A DNA stretch of 64,000 nucleotides from Raja brachyura (lineage: Eukaryota), in NCBI GenBank assembly GCA_963514005.1, contig OY740805.1:36146001-36210000 (forward strand), given 5' to 3'. Below the pieces are notes generated by a model. The model searched no databases. It saw nothing but the letters and a program-made list of their open reading frames with translations, and had not been told where the DNA came from. Made by a program: the position numbers and the translations under genes. Below, piece by piece: positions 25,261 through 37,200 of the stretch (position 1 is the first letter of the stretch; every line of letters starts with the position of its first letter).

Positions 25261-28200
25261 CTGTGGATCAGAGGAGGAGTGGAGTTGAGAACAGGAGCAA
25301 AGAGATCCTCCTGCAGTTGTACAGGGCCCTAGTGAGACCACACCTGGAGTAGTGTGTGCAGTTTTGTTCCCCTAATTTGAGGGAGGACATTCTTGCTATT
25401 GAGGGAGTGCAGCGTAGGTTGACAAGGTTAATTCCCGGGATGGTGGGACTGTCATATGCTGAGAGAATGGAGCGGCTGGGCTTGTACACTCTGGAATTTA
25501 GAAGGATGAGAAGGGATCTTATTGAAACATATAAGATCATTAAGGGTTTGGACATGCTAGAGGTAGGAAACATGTTCCCGATGTTGGGGGAGTCCAGAAC
25601 CAGGGGCCACAGTTTCAGAATAAGGGGTCGGCCATTAGCAACACTGCAGATGACACAAAGCTGGGTGGCAGTGTGAACTCTGAGGAGGATGCTATGAGAA
25701 TGCAGGGTGACTTGGACAGGTTGGGGGTGTGGGCAGATGCAGTTTAATGCGGATAAATGTGAGGTTATCCACTTTGGTAGCAAAAACAGGAAGGCAGATT
25801 ACTATCTAAATGGCGTCAAGTTGGGAAAAGGGGAAGTACAACGGGATCTGGGGGTTCTTGTCTATGAAAGTAAGCATGCAGGTACAGCAGACAGTGAAGA
25901 AAGCGAATGGCATGTTGACCTTTAGAACAAGAGGAATCGAATATAGGAGCAAAGAGGTCCTTCTGCAGTTGTACAGAGCCCTGGTGAGACCACACCTGGA
26001 GTATTGTGTGCAGTTTTGGTCCGCTAATTTGAGGAAGGACATTCTTGCTATTGAGAGAGTGCAGCGAAGGTTTACAAAGTTAATTCCTGGGATGGCAGGA
26101 CTGCCGTATGCTGAGAGAATGGAGCAGCTGGGCTTGTACACTCTGGAGTTTAGAAGGATGAGAAGGAATCTCATTGAAATATATAAGATTATTAAGGGTT
26201 TGGACACGCTAGAGGCAGGTAACATGTTCCCGATGTTGGGGGAGTCCAGAACCAGGGGCCACAATTTAAGAATAAGGGGTAAGCCATTTAGAACGGAGTG
26301 GAGGAACCACTTTTTCCTCACAGAGAGTTGTGAGTCTGTGGAATTCTCTGCCTCAGAGGGCGGTGGAGGCCAGTTCCCTGGATACTTTCAAGAGTGAGCT
26401 CGATAGGGCTCTTAAAGATAGCGGAGTCAGGGGATATGGGGAGAAGGCAGGAACGGGGTACTGATTGGGGATGATCAGCCATGATCACATTGAATGGCGG
26501 TGCTGGCTTGAAGGGCCAAATGGCCTCCTCCTGCACCTGTTGTCGATTGTGGCTCTTTAGCCTGGTGTCCACTGCCGTGCTTTGTTCCTTGTGATTCTTA
26601 CCCGTCACGTTCAGCTCATCATATCCGTCATCCTGCCTGCAGAGCAAAGAGGTGATCACGGGGTTAATGAGACGAGGGCTCTGGCTCGTTGCCATTCTAA
26701 CTTTAACTTTCTAAACTATATTTCTGTCATTCCTACTTTAAGGGCGGCGCGGTGGCGCAGCAGTAGAATTGCTGCCTCACAGCGCCAGAGACCCAGGTTC
26801 GATCCCATCTACGGGTGCTGTCTGTACGGAGTTTGTACGTTCTCCCCGTGACCTGCGTGGGTTTTCTCCGAGATCTTCAGTTTCCTCCCACACTCCAAAG
26901 ACGTACAGGTTTGTGGATTAATTGGCTTGGTTTGAATGTAAAAACTGTCGCTAGTGGGTGTAGGATAGTGTTAATGTGCGGGGATCGCTGGTCGGCGCGG
27001 ACTTGGTGGGCTGAAACTGTATCTCTAAACTAAACTAGTGCACGGGGTTAACTTTGGCTGGCATGGACTCAGTGGGCCGAAGGGCCTGAATCCACGCTGT
27101 TACTCTGGGTGTGTGGAACGAGTTGCCAGTGGAGGTAGTTGAGGCAGGTACTATAACAACACGTAAAAGTCATTTGGACAGGTGCACGAGAGGAATAGAT
27201 CGGGTAGACGCACAGCGTCTTTTACCCAGAGTAGGGGAATCGAGGACCAGAGGACATAGGTTCATGGTGAAGGGGAAAAGATTTCATAGGAATCCGAGGG
27301 GTAACTTTTTCACACAGAGGGTGGTGGGGGTATGCAACGAGCTGCCAGAGGAGGTAGTTGAGGCTGGGACTATCCCATCGTTTAAGAAACAGTTGGACAG
27401 GTACGTGTGCATGACCTTGGCGCCTTTCAGAGGGGGGCGGGCTTAAGGGGTTGGACAGGCTAGATGCAGGAAGATTGTTCCCGATGTTGGGGAGGTCCAG
27501 GACAAGGGGTCACAGCTTAAGGATAAGGGGGAAATCCTTTAGGACCGAGATGAGATGGACTTTTTTCACGCAGAGAGTGGTGGGTCTCTGGAACTCTCTG
27601 CCACAGAGGGTAGTTGAGGCCAGTTCATTGGCTATATTTAAGAGGGAGTTGGGTGTGGCCCTTGTGGCTAAGGGGATCAGAGGGTATGGAGAGAAGGCAG
27701 GTACGGGATACTGAGTTGGATGATCAGCCATGATCATATTGAATGGCAGGCTCGAAGGGCCGAATGGCCTACTCCTGCACCTAATTTCTATTTTTCTATG
27801 TTTCTATGGATAGGACAGGTTTGGAGGGTTATAGACCAAGAGCAGGCAAGTGGGACTAGAGCAGCTGGGACATTGTTAGCCGGTGTGGGCAAGGTGGGCC
27901 GAAGGGCCTGTTTCCACACTGTATCACTCTATGAGTCTATAACTGCAGATGCTGGTTTAAACTGAAGATAGGCACAAAATGCTGGAGCGACTCAGCGGGA
28001 CAGGCAGCATGTCTGGAGAGAAGGAATGGGCGACGTTTCGGGTCGAGGCCCCTTAGATGGATAGAGAAGGTTTAGAACAGGGGTGGGCAACCTTGTTCTG
28101 CATAGGGTGCGGACGGATGTCTGTGAGTGGATGGCAGGACACATCTATCACGTGCTCACGTGGATCCCACCCAGCACGCCACCCGGAGCGCTGGCCACTA

Positions 28201-31200
28201 GTTGGGGTCACTCACCAACACGGCACACCTACGGACCATTGCCTTGGCTCTGTCCTGAAGGGCGGTGGCTCAAATGGCTCACACTCACTCGCCCCCGGCC
28301 TACAGACAACGCAGATCCCCGACAGTGAAGCCCAGACACAGAAGGTGCGCGGGCGGCCGTGCCGGCGGCTTTGCGCAGGATGCGGTACAGTCGGCACTGG
28401 GCGCCACTCGGCTGCTCCGCCATTGCGACCACCAGCACAGGCCTCCTTGCAACACCGCGCCTCGGGCCCGGGAGGTACCGGAGGTGCGGAAGTCTGTGGG
28501 ACGGGTAATTACGGGGAACAAGATCCGCCTGCGGGCCGGGTAATACCGGTTTACGGGCCGCATTCGGCCCGGGGGCCGTAGGAAAGTAGGCTATTATCTG
28601 AATGGCGGATGATTAGGAAAAGGGGAGATGCAACGAGACCTGGGTGTCATGGTACACCAGTCATTGAAAGTAGGCATGCAGGTGCAGCAGGCAGTGAAGA
28701 AAGCAAATGGTATGTTAGCATTCATAGCAAAAGGATTTGAGTATAGGAGCAGGGAGGTTCTACTGCAGTTGTACAGGGCCTTGGTGAGACCACACCTGGA
28801 GTATGGCGTACAGTTTTGGTCTCCTAATCTGAGGAAAGAGATTCTTGCCATAGAGGGAGTACAGAGAAGGTTCACCAGACTGATTCCTGGGATGGCAGGA
28901 CTTTCATATGGAAAAAGACTCGATAGACTTGGCTTGTACTTGCTAGAATTTAGAAGATTGAGGGGGGATCTTATAGAAACTTACAAAATTCTTAAGGGGT
29001 TGGACAGGCTAGATTCATGAAGATTGTTCCCGATGTTGGGGAAGTCCAGAACAGTTTAAGGGGGAAGTCTTTTAGGACCGAGATGAGAATTTTATTTTTT
29101 CACACAAAGAGTGGTGAATCTGTGGAATTCTTTGCCACAGAAGGTAGTTGAGGCCAGTTCATTGGCTATATTTAAGAGGGAGTTAGATGTGGCCCTTGTG
29201 GCTAAAGGGATCAGGGGGTATGGAGAGAAGGCAGGTATGGGATACTGAGTTGGATGATCAGCCATGATCACATTGAATGGCGGTGCAGGCTCGAAGGGCC
29301 GAATGGCCTACTCCTGCACCAATGTTCGATGTTTTTATGTTTCTATGACCCCTGATTTAGAGGTTTATGGGCCAAGCATGGGCAGGTGGGATGTGTAGGT
29401 TGGTCATCGTGGGTCAGCATGGGCAAGCTGAGCACAAGGGCCTATTTCTGTGCAGCAAGTCTCCTTGACTCCAGACACTAAAAACATAAGATAAATAAAC
29501 AACTCACTCCATCTCATCATCCCCCACCGATGCGTTGGGAGGTTGGTCCGTGGACGGTTTTTGAACGATAATCGCGTATTGTATCCCCTCGTCCGTGGAC
29601 GTCTGTTGGAGCAGAAGGATTAGATTCAGAGGCGATGGACGACAAAAGCGTAGAAGAAAAATTCAGTTCAGTCCATTGCCACGTGTACCGAGGTACAGTG
29701 AAAAGCTTTTGTTGCGTGCTATCCAGTCAGTGGAAAGACAATAGACAATAGACAACAGGTGCAGGAGGAGGCCATTCGGCCCTTCGAGCCAGCACCGCCA
29801 TTCAATGTGATCACGGCTGATCATCCCCAATCAGTACCCCGTTCCTGCCTTCTCCCCATATCCCCTTACTCCGCTATCTTTAAGAGCCCTATCTAGCTCT
29901 CTCTTGAAAGCATCCAGAGAACCGGCCTCCACCGCCCTCTGAGGCAGAGAATTCCACAGACTCACAACTCTCTGTGAGAAAAAGTGTTTCCTCGTCTCTG
30001 TTCTAAATGGCTTACCGCTTATTCTTAAACCTCGGGTGCTGTCTGTACGGAGTTTGCACGCTCTCCCCGTGACCGCGTGGGGTTTTCTCCAGGTGCTTTG
30101 GTTTTCTTCCACAAAGTGTTTCCTCGTCTCCGTTCTGAATGGCCTACCCCTTATTCTTAAACTGTGTGGCCCCTTGTTCTGGACTCCCCCAAATCTAACT
30201 CTCTCTTGAAAACATCCAGTGAATTGGCCTCCACTGCCTTCTGCAGTAGAGAATTCCACTAATTCACAACTCTCTGGGTGAAAAAGTGTTTCCTATCTCC
30301 GTTCTAAATTGGCTACATCTTATTCTTAAAGTGTGTGGCCCCTGGTTTTGGACTCCCCCAACATCGGGAACATGTTTCCTGCCTCTAGTGTGTCCAAACC
30401 ATTAATAATCTTAAGAAGGAACTGCAGATGCAGTTGTGAAGAAGTGTCCCGACCCAAAATGTTGCCTATTTCCTTCGCTTCGTAGATGCTCAGCTCCTAA
30501 CAGCATGGTGTGCTGACAATAACCTGGCCCTCAACTCCAAGAAGACCAAGGAGCTCATTGTGGACTTCAGGAGATTGAGAGGCTGCACGCACACCCCCAT
30601 CCATATTAACAGGACAGAGGTGGAACGTGTCTCCAGCTTCGGGTTCCTGGGGTTCAACATCTCCGATGACCTCTCCTGGACCCACAACACATCCTCGCTG
30701 ATCAAGAAGGCTCGCTCAAGAAGGCTCACCAGCGTCTCTTCTTCCTGAGGAGACTTAAGAAGGTCCACCTGTCTCCCTAGAGTCTGGTGAACTTCTACCG
30801 CTGCACCATCGAGAGCATCCTTACCAACTGCAGCACAGTATGGTGTGGCAACTGCTCTGTCGCCGACCGGAAAGCTCTGCAGAGGGTGGTGAAGATTGCC
30901 CAACGCATCACAGGCTCCTCACTCCCCTCCATTGAGTCTGTCCATAGTAAACGATGCCTGCACAGGGCGCACAGCATCGCCAGGGACAGCTCACACCCCA
31001 ACCATAGACTGTTTACCCTCCTCCCATCCGGGAGACGCTACAGGTCCCTCCGCTGCCGGACCAGCAGGCTCAAGAACAGCTTCTTCCCTGCGGCTGTCGC
31101 ACATCTCAACGCTGCGCCTCAATGACTGCCTGTCTCCACCCCTCCCCCCGGACACTGTATATGTATAGATGTATATACTCATACTACTGCGCAATTACTT

Positions 31201-34200
31201 GTTTATTCATAAGTTCGCCCTTCGGAGATACCAACTGCATTTTGTTGTCTCTGTATTGTACACTGCACAATGACAATTAAAGATTGAATTGAATTGAATT
31301 GCTACCGCAGCAGCTGAGTTTCTCCAGCACTTTTGTCTACCTTAATAATCTTATATGTTTCAATAAGAACCCCCCTCTCATCCTTCTCTACTCCAGAGTG
31401 TACCTGATTACAATTAAGCCGTTTACGGTGTAGTTACAGATAACATTTAGTGCAAGGTAAAGCCAGCAACATCCAATTAAACATAGTCCGAGGCTCTCCA
31501 ATGAGGGGTTCAGCACTGCTCTCTGGTTGTGGTAGGACGTGTGCGGACGAGGTGCCGACAGACAAGAGGCCGAAGCAAAGAAGACGACGCCAAAGAACCG
31601 AATAGAAACGAGGCCGAAACGCCAATGAACCGAAATAGTCTGAAGACGAAACATCTACTAATTAAAAGGATGGGACGCCTAAATGCAAACTAACCGAAAG
31701 GGCGGGACGCCTAAACGCCTACGAACTGAAACGTTGCGTCGCCTAAAAGCAAACTTACCAAATGGCCACTTAGTCGATACGCCACCTACCCGAAAGGCGG
31801 CGTTGCCTACAGGCCAACGGGCCGACTGCCGCTCAACAGAAACGTCCAATAACGGACTTGGCGTTGCCAGGGGGCGGGACTTGTCAGCGATTGGTCCAGA
31901 CCTCCGTGTCCATTACATCACTGTGAAGGCATGAACATTGTCCCAAACCTCCTCTCCACCCGACCCACAGCTCTCGGAGGGTGGTCGTGGGAGAGTGGGG
32001 GCTGTCCCGAGGGATGCGCACCTTCGGTCGCTTTCAACTTGGTGCTTGGGTTCAGATTGCCCAGTCACCTATGGCTTGTGTAGGAAAATGAACCCCACGC
32101 TCCCGTCTCTCCCTTCTCTCTCCTCCCTTCCTTCTCTCTTCTCTCTCTAGCCTCCTCTCTCTCTCTCCTCCTCTCTCTCCTTTTTATTTTCCAAAAACTT
32201 ATTCAACTCAATCATATAATGACAACACATCAAAACATAATCAAAAATAACACTATAACAAACAAATCATTGTAGTACAACAGTACATTCATTGTTTACA
32301 ATATTCTCAACCCCACGCGGTGACCAGCGTTGACGGAAGGCCTCCAGAGTCCCCGTGGANNNNNNNNNNNNNNNNNNNNNNNNNNNNNNNNNNNNNNNNN
32401 NNNNNNNNNNNNNNNNNNNNNNNNNNNNNNNNNNNNNNNNNNNNNNNNNNNNNNNNNNNNNNNNNNNNNNNNNNNNNNNNNNNNNNNNNNNNNNNNNNNN
32501 NNNNNNNCGGTAGCGTCCCACAGTCACTGACCGCGATACACCGCCTCGGACCCCAACCTCCACACCAGGGCGATTCCCCTCCGACCCCCCGGTCTTTGAC
32601 ACCCACACCAGAGTGATTCACCCTGGCCGCGGGGACAGACGGTTTATTTAATACCGTCTCGGTGTTTGCGGAACGCACCCACGCTCCCACGAACAAAACA
32701 GGCAGCATCTCTGGAGAGAAGGAATGGGTGACGTTTCGTGCCGAGACAATTCTTCAGAGTGTGTCCGAAGGGTCTCGACCCGAAACGCCACCCATTCCTT
32801 CTCTCCAGAGATACTGGCTCTTCAGCTGAGTTACTCCAGCATATTATGTCTATCTTTGGTGTGTCTGAATAATGGTTTAAGAATAAGGAGTAAGCCATTT
32901 AGAAAAGGGAAGAGGAAACACTTTTTCCACACAGAGAGTTGTGAGTCTGTGGAAATCTCTGCCTCAGAGGGCGGTGGAGGCAGGTTCTCTGGATGCTTTC
33001 CAGAGAGAGTTAGATAGGGCTCTTAAAGATAGCGGAGTCAGGGGATATGGGGAGAAGGCAGGAACGGGGTACTGATTGGGGATGATCAGCCATGATCACA
33101 TTGAATGGCGGTGCTGACTCGAAGGGCCGAATGGCCCACTCCTGCATCTATTGTCTATTGTCTAATTTGGCTCCTACGCCTTATGAACAGGTAAGAAGGA
33201 AATGAGTAGACAATGGGCCGAATGGCCTCTGATGTTGGAAGGATAGGAGGAATGTTATGGTAGGTTCATGCTTACGTTTCCGTGGGAGATGTGGATTATG
33301 TTCCTCTGGGTCTTCGTATCTGGGGGAGAAGCGGATGAGAAAACGTCAGTGGCTATCGCTGCAGCTGAAGGCAACAGTGGGACGGAGACATTGGGTGGGC
33401 AGCAGTGAATGGGGGGCACATCCAGGAGCGAGGGATGCGGACGGAGATCCGGAGGGAGGGATGGTGGGGGAAGGAGAGAGGGGAGAGGGGGAGGAGGGAG
33501 GGATGGGGGAGTTGGGGAGGGGGAGGAGGAATGGAGGAGAGAAGGATCGTAGGGTGTGAGTGGAGGAGTGAGGGAGCGATGGTGGTGGGTAGGGAAGGAG
33601 GGAGGTGAAGGGAGGGNNNNNNNNNNNNNNNNNNNNNNNNNNNNNNNNNNNNNNNNNNNNNNNNNNNNNNNNNNNNNNNNNNNNNNNNNNNNNNNNNNNN
33701 NNNNNNNNNNNNNNNNNNNNNNNNNNNNNNNNNNNNNNNNNNNNNNNNNNNNNNNNNNNNNNNNNNNNNNNNNNNNNNNNNNNNNNNNNNNNNNNNNNNN
33801 NNNNNNNNNNNNNNNNNNNNNNNNNNNNNNNNNNNNNNNGGGAGGGGAGATGAGAATGGGAGAGCGGGGAGGGGAGGAGAGGGGAGAAGGGAGAGGAGGG
33901 GAGCGGAGGGTAGATGAGGAGAGGGGAGAAGGGAGGAGAGGGGAGGGCAGGAGAGGTGAGAGGAGGGGAGCAGAGGGAGGGGAAGGGGGGGGAGAGGAGG
34001 GTAGATGAGGAGAGGGGAGAAGAGAGGAGAGGAGAGGGGAGGGGAGGGAGGAGAAGGGAGGGGAGGGTAGATGAGGAGAGGGGATAGGAGAGGAGAGGGG
34101 AGGGGAGGAGAAGGCAGGGGAGGGGAGGGGAGGGGAGGAGAGGTGAGGGGAGTGGAGGAGAGGGGAGGGGAGGGGAGGGGAGGTGAGAATGGGAGAGCGG

Positions 34201-37200
34201 GGGAGGGGAGGAGAGGGGAGAAGGGAGAGGAGGGGAGCGGAGGGTAGATGAGGAGAGGGGAGAAGGGAGGAGAGGGGAGGGCAGGAGAGGTGAGAGGAGG
34301 GGAGCAGAGGGGAGGGGAAGGGGGGGAGAGGNNNNNNNNNNNNNNNNNNNNNNNNNNNNNNNNNNNNNNNNNNNNNNNNNNNNNNNNNNNNNNNNNNNNN
34401 NNNNNNNNNNNNNNNNNNNNNNNNNNNNNNNNNNNNNNNNNNNNNNNNNNNNNNNNNNNNNNNNNNNNNNNNNNNNNNNNNNNNNNNNNNNNNNNNNNNN
34501 NNNNNNNNNNNNNNNNNNNNNNNNNNNNNNNNNNNNNNNNNNNNNNNNNNNNNNNNNNNNNNNNTCGATCATGCCTGGTGCCGGGGAGGGTTTGGTTATG
34601 GCGGTGCGGACTGACTTGCCTCCATCTTGGTCGGGTGGTGCGTTGAAGGTCCTCAGGCTGTAAGGAGAAAGCGGGTAGAGTGGTCAACACAGAGGGAGAA
34701 AACGTGGCCCCCGCTTCCACCTGCGTCTCCTCATGCGGCGGCACGGTGGCGCAGTGGTAGAGTCACTGCCTCACAGCGCCCGGTTCCATCCCGTCCACGG
34801 GTGCCTTCTGCATGGAGCTTGTACCTTCTCCCCGCGACCTGTGTGGGTTTTCTCCAGGTGCTCGGGTTTCCTCCCACACCCTAAGTACGTGCGTATTTGC
34901 AGGTTAATTGGCTTCTGCCAATTGTAAAATTGTCCCCAGTGTGAGTGTGGGTGGGATAGTGCTGGTGGATGGGGAGGATCGTTGGTCGGCGCGGACTCGA
35001 TGGGCCGAAGGGCCTGTTTCCGCGCTGAATCTCTCAACTAAACTAAGTTCAACTATCTGACCTTGACGCCCCCCTGAAAGATATAAGATTGTTAAGGGTT
35101 TGGACACGCTAGAGGCAGGAAACATGTTCCCGAAGTTGGCGGAGTCCAGAACCAGGGGCCACACAGTTTAAGAATAAGGGGTAAGCCATTTAGAATGGAG
35201 ACAAGGAAACACTTTTTTCACACAGAGTTGTGAGTCTGTGGAATTCTCTGCCTCAGAGGGCGGTGGAGGCCGGTTCTCTGGATACTTTCAAGAGAGAGCT
35301 AGATAGAGCTCTTAAAGATAGCGGAGTGAGGGGATATGGGGAGAAGGCAGGAACGGGGTACTGATTGGGGATGATCAGCCATGATCACATTGAATGGCGG
35401 TGCTGGCTCGAAGGGCCGAATGGCCTACTCCTGCACCTATTGTCTATTGCACGTTCTCCCTGTGACCACGTGGGTTTTCTCCGGGCGCTCCGGTTTCCTC
35501 CCACACTCCAAAGAGGCACAGGTTTATTGACTTCTGCAAATTGTAAATTATCCCTGGAGTGTGTAGGATAGTGCTAGTGTATGGGATGATCGCTGGTCGG
35601 CATGGACTCGGTGGGCCGAAGGGCCTGTTTCCTCGCTGTATCTCTGAAGCCTACAGTAAAGCAGACTGGCATCAGTCTGAAAAAGGGTCTGGACCTGAAT
35701 CGTCACCCATTCCTTCTCTCCAGAGATGCTGCCTGACCCGCTGAGTTACTCCAGCACTGTGTCTATCAGCGGGTGTAACGATGGTTCGCGAATGACATTC
35801 ACGGTTGTTGAATCCATACCAACCTTTCCATGGGAAGGTAGATCGATGGGTTTGCCAGCTGGGATTCCTGTCAAAGGCAAAGAAAGCTGATCACAAATCT
35901 ATTCCGTGCATTGGTATGTTCGTAAGAGCAGAATTAGTCCATTCGGCCCATCAAGTCTACTCCGCCATTCAATCACGGCTAATAGACAATAGACAATAGG
36001 TGCAGGAGTAGGCCATTTGGCCCTTCCAAGCCAGCACTGCCATTCAATGTGATCATGGCTGATAATCCCCAATCAGTACCCCGTTCCTGCCTTCTCCCCA
36101 TATCCCCTCACTCCGCTATTTCCCCTGACATCTCCCCATATCCCCTGACTCCCCTGACTCCGCATCCAGAGAACCGGCCACCACCGCCCCCTGAGGCAGA
36201 GAATTCCACAGACTCACCACTCTCTGTGAGAAAAAGTGTTTCCTCTAAATGGCTTACTCCTTATTCTTAAACTGTGGCCCCTGGTTCTGGACTCCCCCAA
36301 CATCGGGAACATGTTTCCTGCCTCTAGTGTGTCCAAGCCCTTAACAATCTTATATGTTTCAATGAGATCCTCTCTCATCCTCCTAAACTCCAGAGCGTAC
36401 AAGCCCAGCTGCTCCATTCTCTCAGCATATGTCAGTCCCGCCATCCTGGGAATTAACCTGGTGAACCTACGCTGCACTCCCTCAATACCAAGAATGTCCT
36501 TCCTCAAATTAGGGGACCGCAAATGCACACAATACTCCAGGTGTGGTCTCACTAGGGCTCTGTACAACTGCAGAAGGACCCCTTTGCTCCTATATTCGAT
36601 TCCTCTTGTTATAAAGGCCAACATGCCATTCGCTTTCTTCACTGCCTGCTGTACCTCCATGCTTACTTTCATAGACTGATGTACCAAGACCCGCAGATCC
36701 CGGATGATCTATCTCTCCCTCCTAACCCCATTCTCCCGCCCAATGATGGTCCAATTCTACATGGCCATCGTAGATTCTGTCCTAACCTTCTGCATCATGG
36801 TCTGGTTTGGCTCAGCCACCAATCACGGCATCCGGAGCCGGCAGCAAATCGTCCAATCAGCTGAGAAGGTTTTAAAGAAGGAACTGCAGATGCTGGAGAA
36901 TCGAGGGTTACACAAAAAGCTGGAGAAACTCAGCGGGTGCAGCAGCATCTAAGGAGCGAAGGAGATAGGCGACGTTTCGGGTCGAGACCCTTCTTCAGAC
37001 TGGCAGTCTGAAGAAGGGTCTCGACCCGAAACGTCGCCCATCTCCTTCGCTCCTTAGATACTGCTGCACCCGCTGAGTTTCTCCAGCTTTTTGTGTAACC
37101 CCCAGCTGAGGTTATTGGCTGCAACCTTCCCTCCATTGATGAACTGTACACTGCAAGGGCCAGGAAGCGAGCGGGTAAGATCATCTCTGACCCCTCTCAC

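Noticed and set aside
33346-34744. 408- and 463-aa Pro/Ser/Leu-rich ORFs
   Set aside because: Translations of a polypurine tract and N gaps.
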